From Synechococcus sp. (GTDB taxonomy: Bacteria > Cyanobacteriota > Cyanobacteriia > Thermostichales > PCC-7336), in NCBI GenBank assembly GCA_051439605.1, contig JBFRWN010000123.1, forward strand, positions 1 to 31,246: a stretch of 31,246 nt of DNA, given 5' to 3'. The notes under the pieces were generated by a model that was not told the DNA's origin, made no database searches, and was given only the letters and a program-made list of their open reading frames with translations. The translations under genes and the position numbers were made by a program. Below are positions 18,556-28,163 of this stretch, piece by piece (position 1 is the first letter of the stretch; each line of letters begins with the position of its first letter).

Positions 18556-19344
18556 ATGAGAATTCTGATTGGAAATGACGATGGCATTTATTCGCCAGGA
18601 GTGCTCTGTTTGGCGAATACGTTATCTAGAGTCGGGCACGAGATTACGGTGGTGTGCCCCGATCGCGAGCGATCGGCGACCGGCCATGCGCTGACTTTGC
18701 ACAAGCCCCTCAGGGTAGACGCGATCGGGGCGCCATTTGACGATGACATCCGTGCTTGGGCCTCTTCCGGCACTCCCTCCGATTGCATCAAGTTGGGTTT
18801 GGATGAACTACTGAAGGAGCCCCCCGATTGGGTGGTATCGGGTATCAATCGGGGAGCTAACTTGGGTTGCGATGTTCTCTATTCCGGCACGGTGTCGGCA
18901 GCCATGGAAGGACTGATGGCGGGAATCAATAGTCTGGCCGTCAGTCTCACCAGTTCCAGCTCCGACGAGTTTCAACCGGCGGCTGATTTTGTGCGGGACT
19001 GGCTATATAAAGCGAAGACCAATCCATTTCCTGCCCATCCCACATTGATCAATGTGAACGTTCCTGCGCTTCCTGCTGAGGAGATTTGTGGTGTTGTGAT
19101 GGCGCCTTTAGGGGTACGACATTATTCCGAAACCTTCGAACAGCGGGTGGACCCCCGTGGCAAAACCTACTACTGGATTGCTGGGGAAGCAGTAGATACC
19201 CATGCGGCCCCTAACACCGATATTGCGGCGATTCAGGACAACTACATCACTGTGACCCCACTACAGTTCGACCTAACTGCCCACAAACAGTTTGCAGTCC
19301 TGCGGACTTGGGGCCTATCCAATTACGATGGCGATGGGAAATAG
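18556..19344 (+). CDS. surE: 5'/3'-nucleotidase SurE
   Basis: ILIGNDDGI, GTPSDC, VSGINRGANLG.DVLYSGTVSAA, DPRGKTYYW. Confidence 0.96.
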   Translation: MRILIGNDDGIYSPGVLCLANTLSRVGHEITVVCPDRERSATGHALTLHKPLRVDAIGAPFDDDIRAWASSGTPSDCIKLGLDELLKEPPDWVVSGINRGANLGCDVLYSGTVSAAMEGLMAGINSLAVSLTSSSSDEFQPAADFVRDWLYKAKTNPFPAHPTLINVNVPALPAEEICGVVMAPLGVRHYSETFEQRVDPRGKTYYWIAGEAVDTHAAPNTDIAAIQDNYITVTPLQFDLTAHKQFAVLRTWGLSNYDGDGK

Positions 19345-19424
19345 GGGGCAGTCTTATCCAGTGTTGACAATCGCCTCGAGATTCTTGTTTAACTTGCCTT
19401 TCATTTGGAGACAGCAGCAGGGTT

Positions 19425-20639
19425 ATGCAGTGGGTCAATGCACTATCAACTCAACCCTCCCTCGAAGCTGCATTGATGGAGGTTGTGGATTCGGGACTAG
19501 CCCAATTTGGGACCTCTGATGGCGGATCGCCGGATTTAGCCATCCTTTTCGTGTCAGCAGCGTTTGCCAGTGACTACTCTCGCATTCCCCCGTTGCTGCA
19601 GCAACAACTGCCAAACACAGCTATTGTAGGCTGTTCGGGGGGTGGAATTGTTGGCAACAGCTCTGAGGTAGAGAACCAGGCCGCAATCTCTTTATCGCTA
19701 GCCAAGCTACCGGGGGTGAAAGTTCAGCCGTTTCACCTGTCGGAGGACGATCTCCCCGATCTCGATTCCCCTCCCGATCGCTGGGCACAAGCCTTGGGGG
19801 TGACTCAAGAGTCGCAGCCGCACTTCGTAATATTGGCAGATGCATTTTCCTCCAGAATCTCAGAGCTGTTGCAGGGGCTAGATTTTGCCTTTCCCAACAC
19901 CACCAAAGTGGGAGGATTGGCCAGCGGTGGAAGGTCCCCAGAGAGCAACGGGCTATTTTTGAACGGAGAGCTCCATCGCAGCGGTTCTGTGGGGGTAGCG
20001 CTGTCAGGGAATATTTCCGTAGAGGCAGTGGTAGCGCAGGGGTGCAGACCGATTGGACAGATCGCGCAGGTGTCTCAGGCAGAGCGCAATGTGGTGTTGC
20101 AGTTAGACGAACAACCTCCGTTAGAGGCACTTCAGGCGATGGTCAACACCTTGAGCGAGGGCGATCGCCAGTTGGTGCGCACTTCACTCTTTGTGGGTTT
20201 GGTGATGGACGAATTCAAAGAAACTCCTGAGCCCGGAGATTTTTTGATCCGCAATATTATCGGCATCGACCCTCGAACGGGGGCTATGGCAGTGGGCGAT
20301 CGCCTGCGAACGGGGCAGCGCATACAGTTCCACTTGCGAGATGCCCAAACGTCAGAAGAAGATCTGCGTAGCGTTCTCGGTCGCTATAGGAGAGGGCGTA
20401 TGGATGAGGGGCTTGTGTTAGCTCCGGCAGGGGCATTGATGTTTTCCTGCTTGGGACGTGGGGAATATCTTTATGGAGAACCCAATCACGATACGCGAGT
20501 ATTTGAGAACACATTCGGAAAGGTGTCCATGGGTGGATTCTTCTGTAACGGTGAAATTGGGCCAGTGGGAAGCACTACCTTCCTACACGGCTACACCTCA
20601 GTGTTTGCTCTGTTTAATCCGGTCAAGAAGGGTGTATGA
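19425..20639 (+). CDS. FIST N/C-domain protein
   Basis: VGCSGGGIVG, GGLASG, VAQGCRPIG, QFHLRD, FSCLGRG, GFFCNGEIGP. Confidence 0.9.
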   Translation: MQWVNALSTQPSLEAALMEVVDSGLAQFGTSDGGSPDLAILFVSAAFASDYSRIPPLLQQQLPNTAIVGCSGGGIVGNSSEVENQAAISLSLAKLPGVKVQPFHLSEDDLPDLDSPPDRWAQALGVTQESQPHFVILADAFSSRISELLQGLDFAFPNTTKVGGLASGGRSPESNGLFLNGELHRSGSVGVALSGNISVEAVVAQGCRPIGQIAQVSQAERNVVLQLDEQPPLEALQAMVNTLSEGDRQLVRTSLFVGLVMDEFKETPEPGDFLIRNIIGIDPRTGAMAVGDRLRTGQRIQFHLRDAQTSEEDLRSVLGRYRRGRMDEGLVLAPAGALMFSCLGRGEYLYGEPNHDTRVFENTFGKVSMGGFFCNGEIGPVGSTTFLHGYTSVFALFNPVKKGV

Positions 20640-20654
20640 GATGAGGACAGCAAG

Positions 20655-20978
20655 ATGGCGTTAGAGCCCTGCAAAGTATGCGGTTCTTTGACCAGCATGG
20701 AAGTAGACTATTGTCCCCACTGTGGATACCCGCCCACCGGGCGCAAACGATCGCCCATCTTCATCTGGACCGCACGCATCCTGGCATTTGCCGTCATTAC
20801 TTCTTTGCTACTCAGCCTGCTCAACCTCCTAAACTTGCTGAGATTCTTCCCGATTCCTAATTCCGATCCGTTTGACGATCGCAATAGCGGAGATGGGGTC
20901 GCTTTCACTTCCATCCATCCGCAAGATAGGGCCAAGCAATCCAATACAAAATCCCCGAAGGTAAGCCTTTGGGGATGA
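20655..20978 (+). CDS. Small membrane protein with an N-terminal Zn ribbon
   Basis: CKVC-x10-CPHCG followed by a hydrophobic helix; GAGGA RBS; 15 nt after the FIST stop. Confidence 0.65.
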   Translation: MALEPCKVCGSLTSMEVDYCPHCGYPPTGRKRSPIFIWTARILAFAVITSLLLSLLNLLNLLRFFPIPNSDPFDDRNSGDGVAFTSIHPQDRAKQSNTKSPKVSLWG

Positions 20979-21009
20979 AATCAGAATGTTTATTAGCAAA
21001 GGTTAAGCG

Positions 21010-21786
21010 CTATGCACCCAAAATGCTGAAGCCGCTATCGACGTATATCACCTGGCCCGTAATTCCGCTGGACAGATCGCTGCATAGGAACGCGGCAGTA
21101 TTGCCCACTTCCTTCTGGGTAACGTTACGGCGCAGGGGCGCTTTCTCCTCCACCATGTTGAGCATGGAGTGGAAATCCCCAATAGCAGCAGAAGCTAGGG
21201 TGCGGATAGGGCCAGCAGAAATGGCGTTCACTCTCACACCCTGCGGCCCCAGCTCGTTCGCTAAGTAACGTACGTTCATTTCCAGTGCAGCCTTGGTAAT
21301 CCCCGCCATGTTGTAGTTGGGCACTACGCGGACGCCACCGAGATAGGTTAGCGTGACAATGCTGCTGTCCTCCTCCAATAGCGGCTTAGCAGCCTTGCAT
21401 AAGGCCACCAGTGAATAGCTGCTGATGTCCATCGCTAGAGAGTAGCCATCGCGGGAGACATTCGTAAAATCCCCCGATAGGTCATCTTTCTTGACGAAAG
21501 CCAAGCAATGAATCAGGATATCCAGACCGCCCCAATGCTCGTCAATCGCTTTGAACAGCTCGGCAATCTGCTCGTCACTGGAAACATTGCAGGGGAGCAT
21601 CAGCTCGGGGGCCAGCGGTTCAGTCAGCTTTTCAACTTTGCCCTTGATCTTGTCGCGATCGTCCGGCAGGTAGGTGACCGCTAGCTTGGCACCAGCAGCA
21701 TGTAACTGCTGAGCAATACCCCAAGCAATGGAGCGATTGTTGGCAATCCCCGTCACCAGGGCACGTTTTCCAGTCAGATCCAGCAT
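21010..21786 (-). CDS. fabI: Enoyl-ACP reductase
   Basis: GIANNRSIAWGIA, YNMAGITKAALE, VNAISAGPIRTLA, TGQVIYVDSG. Confidence 0.96.
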   Translation of the reverse strand: MLDLTGKRALVTGIANNRSIAWGIAQQLHAAGAKLAVTYLPDDRDKIKGKVEKLTEPLAPELMLPCNVSSDEQIAELFKAIDEHWGGLDILIHCLAFVKKDDLSGDFTNVSRDGYSLAMDISSYSLVALCKAAKPLLEEDSSIVTLTYLGGVRVVPNYNMAGITKAALEMNVRYLANELGPQGVRVNAISAGPIRTLASAAIGDFHSMLNMVEEKAPLRRNVTQKEVGNTAAFLCSDLSSGITGQVIYVDSGFSILGA

Positions 21787-21829
21787 TGATAACTCTTGTG
21801 CGATCGGCAGTGAATGGGAAGAGAGAGGC

Positions 21830-22867
<1,038 letters not shown>

Positions 22868-22892
22868 CTAGGATATCAAGTTCTGGGAATTG

Positions 22893-24116
22893 CTAGAGAG
22901 TTTTCACAAAATCAAGTAATTGGTGGGCCATTTCCAATTTCGAGCAACGGGTAATCTCCTTCTGTTGTCCGCTTCTGCTGATGATGATGGCCTGGTTGAA
23001 GTCACTGCCAAATCCACTGTCGGACCGATCGATCGCATTAGCGACGATCGCATCCAATCCTTTACGCTCCAGTTTGGCGATCGCCTCTGGCAACGGGTCT
23101 CCCGTTTGGGCGGCAAACCCAATCACCCGTTGTCCTTCTAATCTCTTGGCACAAAGCTCTTGAACGATGTCGGAAATGGGGGCCAACGGCAAGCAGTCGG
23201 GCAACTGGGACTTGGGCAGTTTGCCTTCTCTGCGTCGAGCGGGACGGACGTCCCCCACGGCTGCGGACATAAATGTGACATCAGCTTGGCCAAATCGAGC
23301 GAGCAGGCGATCGCGCATGTCCTCCGAGCTAGTTACAGGAACCGTTTGGATGCCATCTACCCGCTCCTCCCCTGCCGCTAGGGATAAAGGGGCATGAACG
23401 AAGGTGACCGTTGCCCCGCGATCGCAGGCTGCCCGCGCGATCGACCAACCCATCTTGCCGGTGGAGGGATTGCCGATAAACCGAACTGCATCGACAAATT
23501 CGCGGGTGCCACCGCCGCTCACCAGCACCCGTTGACCCGACCAATCTTCAACCCCGTGGGTCCACAGCATTGCCAGTAATTTAGTCGCGATCGCCTCTGG
23601 CTCTGGTAAGCGTCCCATCCCTTCTGCATCGCAGGCCAATCGCCCCTGTGCTGGCACCATGGAGCAGTAGCGGGGATCGCTCAACAGCTGCTGCCAATTG
23701 CGCTGTACAGAGGGTTGTTCCCACATTTGGGTGTTCATAGCCGGGGCCAGCAACACGGGACAACCGGAAGCCAGAAGTAAGTTAGTCAGTAAGTTGTCTG
23801 CCAGGCCGTAGGCTAGCTTTGCCAAAGTATTCGCGGTCAGAGGGGCAATGGCAATCGCATCCGCCCAGTCCCCCAACTGGATATGTAGGGGACGCCCAGC
23901 ACTGCGGTGCCAAAAATCTGCATCGGTGTAGGCGGGGTGGCGAGCAAGGGTAGCAAATGTGAGTGGGGTGACGAACTCGGTTGCAGACTGGGTCAGAACC
24001 ACCCTAACTTCAGCCCCCGCCTTGGCTAGAAAAGAGACCAGCTGGCAAACTTTGTAGGCGGCAATCCCCCCACAAACGCCAATAACAATTCGTTTCCCTG
24101 ACCAAAATTCTTGCAA
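22893..24116 (-). CDS. coaBC: Bifunctional phosphopantothenoylcysteine decarboxylase/synthetase
   Basis: [54 protein letters not shown]. Confidence 0.96.
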   Translation of the reverse strand: MQEFWSGKRIVIGVCGGIAAYKVCQLVSFLAKAGAEVRVVLTQSATEFVTPLTFATLARHPAYTDADFWHRSAGRPLHIQLGDWADAIAIAPLTANTLAKLAYGLADNLLTNLLLASGCPVLLAPAMNTQMWEQPSVQRNWQQLLSDPRYCSMVPAQGRLACDAEGMGRLPEPEAIATKLLAMLWTHGVEDWSGQRVLVSGGGTREFVDAVRFIGNPSTGKMGWSIARAACDRGATVTFVHAPLSLAAGEERVDGIQTVPVTSSEDMRDRLLARFGQADVTFMSAAVGDVRPARRREGKLPKSQLPDCLPLAPISDIVQELCAKRLEGQRVIGFAAQTGDPLPEAIAKLERKGLDAIVANAIDRSDSGFGSDFNQAIIISRSGQQKEITRCSKLEMAHQLLDFVKTL

Positions 24117-24274
24117 GAGGACGTGACTCCACCGCTACGCGGTTTCACTCTAGCGAAACAGATGCCTTCGATTGCCATTCAACTCAAGGTTGATGCCATC
24201 CGATCGTAGTGGCTCCCTCCAACAGCTATCACAATGGAACAGACTCCATCTTCCTTAGCTGTACTTGCACCGTG

Positions 24275-25063
24275 ATGAATTCTGACCAATTACATAGCCT
24301 ATTAAACGATGTCGCTAGTGGGGCGATCGCTCCGGAGGTGGCGGCATCCAAGTTGCAGTTTGCCCCCATCGATCGCACGGGATTTGAGCCAGTGGGGGAT
24401 TTCGCCCACATCGACAATCAGCGACCGCTCCGCAATGGCATTCCCGAAGCGGTATGGGGTCAAGGCAAGACTCCCGAACAAATCGCGCAAATTCTGCAGC
24501 ATCTGAGCGATTGCGGCCAACTAGCCATGGCCACGCGCATTAGCCCCAAGGTATACAAATCTCTGCAGCAGGATCTTCCGGATCTGCAGTACTCCGATCT
24601 GTCTCGCATCGCCTATCTGCCCGCATCGGCGACCTCCAGCCTCCCAGGCCAGATTGGCGTAATCACCGCTGGAACCTCCGACTTGCCTGTGGCAGAAGAA
24701 GCCGCACTAACGGCAGAGCTATGCGGAGCGAAGGTCGTTCGGCTGTGGGATGTAGGGGTGGCGGGCATTCACCGTCTGCTACACCATCGCGACGTACTCG
24801 CACAATCGGATGTCTTGATCGTGGTAGCGGGAATGGAAGGTGCGCTAGCCAGCGTAGTAGCGGGGTTGGCAAACTGCCCGGTGGTGGCAGTGCCCACCAG
24901 TGTTGGCTACGGCGCTAGCTTTGGCGGCGTTGCAGCGCTGCTGACCATGCTCAACTCCTGTGCAGCTGGGGTCGGGGTACTGAATATCGATAATGGTTTC
25001 GGCGGAGGGATCTTGGCACTGCAAATCTTAAGAACTGCAGTGCGACTCCGGCGGAGATCCTGA
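24275..25063 (+). CDS. larB: LarB/CpmA PurE-like protein (nickel-pincer cofactor carboxylase family)
   Basis: PEAVWGQGKT, AGTSDLPVAEEA, DVGVAGIHRL, AGMEGAL, VPTSVGYG, LNIDNGFG; start placed at ATG 24275. Confidence 0.9.
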   Translation: MNSDQLHSLLNDVASGAIAPEVAASKLQFAPIDRTGFEPVGDFAHIDNQRPLRNGIPEAVWGQGKTPEQIAQILQHLSDCGQLAMATRISPKVYKSLQQDLPDLQYSDLSRIAYLPASATSSLPGQIGVITAGTSDLPVAEEAALTAELCGAKVVRLWDVGVAGIHRLLHHRDVLAQSDVLIVVAGMEGALASVVAGLANCPVVAVPTSVGYGASFGGVAALLTMLNSCAAGVGVLNIDNGFGGGILALQILRTAVRLRRRS

Positions 25064-25209
25064 GTTTTATGTTAACTTTTGCAAAGAAGAGCTGTTACTG
25101 CGATTCATCGAGCTTTGGTTGGATTTGCCTAAGCTTTTGGAATCTGCAGTCTCACCCGCAGCGGTATTTGAGTCAGCTCGATATTTAGATTTGCATTACG
25201 GGAGCAGGT

Positions 25210-26031
25210 ATGGATACAGTCAGCCTCGATCTACTCAACGATATTTTGCGATCGCTGGAGTGGTCGGATCTGCTGGCGATCGCCGCCCTCGTCCTGCTGG
25301 AAGCGGCCCTATCAGCCGATAATGCTGTGGCGTTGGCGGCGATGGTGCGTCACCTACCCACAGAGCAGGAGCGCGATCGCGCACTGCGTTGGGGCATTGT
25401 GGGAGCCTACTCCTTTCGGATTGGGGTAATTTTGGCGGCTACGTGGATTATCGGCTACTGGCCAGCAAAGTTGGCTGGTGCACTCTACCTGCTGTGGCTC
25501 GTAGTTCAGCATTTCCGCGACAAGGCGGATGAAGATCTGCAGGCAGTTCCCAATACCGCTAACTTCTGGCAAACCATTATCCTGGTCGAGCTGACCGACA
25601 TTGCGTTTTCTCTGGACAGTATCGCGGCCTCCGTCGCAGTGTCATCCAAGGTGTGGGTGATTATTCTGGGTGGCTTAATGGGGATCACCCTGATGCGGTA
25701 TATGGCCTCACTGTTCGTCAGCTGGCTGGAGGAGTTCGGGCGTCTGGAGGATGCGGCCTACTTTATGATTGCGTTGGTGGGTAGCCGCATGATGATGGAG
25801 CTAACCGTCCCCGGCCTTGAGATTCCAGAGTGGACCTTGATGGTGGCGATCGCCGCATTCTTCATTTGGGGGTTTTCCCTCAGAACCGTTGCGGATACTA
25901 ACGAAGAAGCGGTTAGCGCGAGTCATTTTCCAACCGGCTTGCAAACCCTGCAGGTTTCCGAAGTTGATGGCCAAATGGCAACAGAAGGCGCGATGTCTCT
26001 AGAATCTTCAACGGCAGATTTGACGGATTAA
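25210..26031 (+). CDS. TerC-family integral membrane protein
   Basis: LEAALSADNAVALA, ALRWGIVGAYSFR, VELTDIAFSLDSI. Confidence 0.9.
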   Translation: MDTVSLDLLNDILRSLEWSDLLAIAALVLLEAALSADNAVALAAMVRHLPTEQERDRALRWGIVGAYSFRIGVILAATWIIGYWPAKLAGALYLLWLVVQHFRDKADEDLQAVPNTANFWQTIILVELTDIAFSLDSIAASVAVSSKVWVIILGGLMGITLMRYMASLFVSWLEEFGRLEDAAYFMIALVGSRMMMELTVPGLEIPEWTLMVAIAAFFIWGFSLRTVADTNEEAVSASHFPTGLQTLQVSEVDGQMATEGAMSLESSTADLTD

Positions 26032-26224
26032 TCCGCTACTTTTGCAATGAAAACAGCAGATACGCACTCTACCCTAATGAGCAATAACACCCATGCAGAC
26101 TTGATTGGACTTGTACTGGACTCTTGATGTCATGTAACTTGGCGAATTGCAACGATTTAAATATCCCGTGCAGCTATAACGTTACGTTAGACTAAATACA
26201 AATTATCAAAGTTATTTAAAAACC

Positions 26225-27241
26225 ATGGCAAAAACCGGAATTCTTCTCCTCAATCTTGGGGGGCCGGAGACAATTGAAGACGTCAAACCGTTTCTGTATA
26301 ACCTGTTTGCCGATCCTGAGATCATCCGATTGCCCTATGCCTGGATGCAGAAACCTTTGGCATGGCTGATTGCCAAGACCCGCTCAAAAAAGTCCGAGCG
26401 CAACTACGCCAAGATTGGTGGTGGTTCCCCTCTGCGCAGCCTGACGGAAGAACAGGCCAACGCCCTTAGTTCCCACTTGAGAGAGGAAGGGTACGATTTG
26501 CCGGTCTATATCGCCATGCGATATTGGCATCCCTTTACCGAAGATGTCGTAAAACAGCTCGTCTCAGACGGTATCGAGCGGGTTGTCGTTTTGCCCCTCT
26601 ATCCCCAGTACTCCATCAGCACCACTGGATCGAGTCTGAAGTTGCTGGACACGTTGTGGAAAGCTGACCCGAAGTTGGCCAAGATCGAGCGCTTTACCGT
26701 TAGTTCTTGGTACGACCATCCTCGATACCTCGATGCAATGGCCAAGTACATTGCTCGCGAGCTAGATGCACTAGATGAACCCGATGAGGCCCACGTCCTA
26801 TTCAGTGCCCACGGCATTCCCCAAAGCTACGTCACCAATGCTGGCGACCCCTACCAAAAAGAAATGGAAGCCTGCATAGAGTTGATTTGGAAACATCTCG
26901 ATCGCCCAAATAATTACACCTTGTCTTACCAAAGCCGCGTTGGTCCGGTGAAATGGCTCACTCCCTACACCGAAGATGCGTTGCCTCAACTGGCCTCCCA
27001 AGGTGTGAAGGATCTGGTTGTTGTCCCCATCAGCTTTATTTCCGAGCACATTGAAACACTAGAAGAAATCGACCAAGAATATGGCGAACTTGCTCTATCG
27101 GCTGGCATTCGCAACTTCCGTCGAGTTCCATGTTTAAATAGCGATCCCGAATTCATTGCAGGGTTGGCCGATATCGTTAAACTCTTTCTGCGAGAAGAAG
27201 ACAAAAGTGTGCCTCAACCTGAGTTGAGTTCAGTTGCTTAA
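26225..27241 (+). CDS. hemH: Ferrochelatase lacking the C-terminal CAB extension
   Basis: LLNLGGPE, IGGGSPL, MRYWHPF, LPLYPQYS, FSAHG, YQSRVGPVKWL, FISEHIETLEEID. Confidence 0.97.
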   Translation: MAKTGILLLNLGGPETIEDVKPFLYNLFADPEIIRLPYAWMQKPLAWLIAKTRSKKSERNYAKIGGGSPLRSLTEEQANALSSHLREEGYDLPVYIAMRYWHPFTEDVVKQLVSDGIERVVVLPLYPQYSISTTGSSLKLLDTLWKADPKLAKIERFTVSSWYDHPRYLDAMAKYIARELDALDEPDEAHVLFSAHGIPQSYVTNAGDPYQKEMEACIELIWKHLDRPNNYTLSYQSRVGPVKWLTPYTEDALPQLASQGVKDLVVVPISFISEHIETLEEIDQEYGELALSAGIRNFRRVPCLNSDPEFIAGLADIVKLFLREEDKSVPQPELSSVA

Positions 27242-27409
27242 TGGTGTTGGTGTGTTCAAGTCACTCTCTTTAGCGCTTAGCCTCAGAGCTGATTATATCG
27301 ATCGCTCAAGTTTTTAGTAGGCGGGTTCACTAAGATTTCTACCTTTTGAATCTGCAAGTATCGATCCATCTTTGGTGAGTTTTAAGTTCACTATTTTTGA
27401 GTTAAAGCA

Positions 27410-27440
27410 CAAACCCCGCAGCCAAAGTCTGCGGGGTTTG
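27410..27440. terminator. Stem-loop between convergent hemH and cp12, probable terminator
   Basis: CAAACCCCGCAG-ccaaagt-CTGCGGGGTTTG, perfect 12-bp stem. Confidence 0.78.
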
Positions 27441-27481
27441 ATTAACAGGTGCTAGCGCTAACGAGTGAGAAGAGATAAAGA

Positions 27482-27703
27482 TTACTCTTCATAAATCAAG
27501 CATTCGCCTGCTTCAGGATTCTCTTCACAGAATTTATCTAAAGCACTCTTTTGGGGAGCGGCAGCTTGGTGACCGGCTTCCGCATGCAGCTCTTCTACGA
27601 TGTCCCATGCCGCACGGGTTTTAGGATCGGTGTCACCCAGATCTTCGGACAGTTTGCGCGCTTCTTCAGTCGCAGCTTGAATTCTTTCTTGTAATGTTGT
27701 CAT
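27482..27703 (-). CDS. cp12: Calvin cycle regulatory protein CP12 (C-terminal Cys pair only)
   Basis: AAWDIVEEL core motif, FCEENPEAGECLIYE C-terminus. Confidence 0.94.
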   Translation of the reverse strand: MTTLQERIQAATEEARKLSEDLGDTDPKTRAAWDIVEELHAEAGHQAAAPQKSALDKFCEENPEAGECLIYEE

Positions 27704-28163
27704 CTACGGTGCCCCTGTGTACAAGTTGACGAGTTACGCGTCAAGAACGATTGAGAATGTATGTTATCAGTTTACACTGACTCCACTTTTCCCTTAGTGC
27801 GTAAGAACAACTCATCACAGGACTCCCCAACGATCGTGCAGCTAGCTATGCGAATATCTTTCCAGCAGGGGCTGCATTGGGTAACAGTGGATTTCCACGG
27901 GCAATCTCCACTTGAGACAAAGCACTTTCTGCTCAATAAACGGATATGAGTTGGGGGTGCATCAACTGATTCAGTGCTACTCCGAGAGGATGATGTTGCG
28001 CTATTCAGCACAATAAACCGCAATAGCCTCATAATCGTGCTGCGATATTGATTTGTCGCAGTTACAGGAATCCTACTTCCTGCTAGGGAATGATTCTGCA
28101 ACCGGTGACATGATGGCGTCACTGGGATGACAGAATAGAAAAACTGGTTTCATTGACGTCCCT

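Noticed and set aside
25064..25209. yybP-ykoY manganese riboswitch upstream of terC
   Set aside because: The conserved GGGGAGUA-type motif is not visible
26177..26189. TAACGT-t-ACGTTA dyad upstream of hemH
   Set aside because: Short, and cannot be assigned to a regulator without comparative data
27704..28163. T-box riboswitch before alaS, and ORFs 27761-27949 and 27772-28122
   Set aside because: No GGTGGNACC T-box consensus or terminator; the ORFs have no recognisable motifs or RBS
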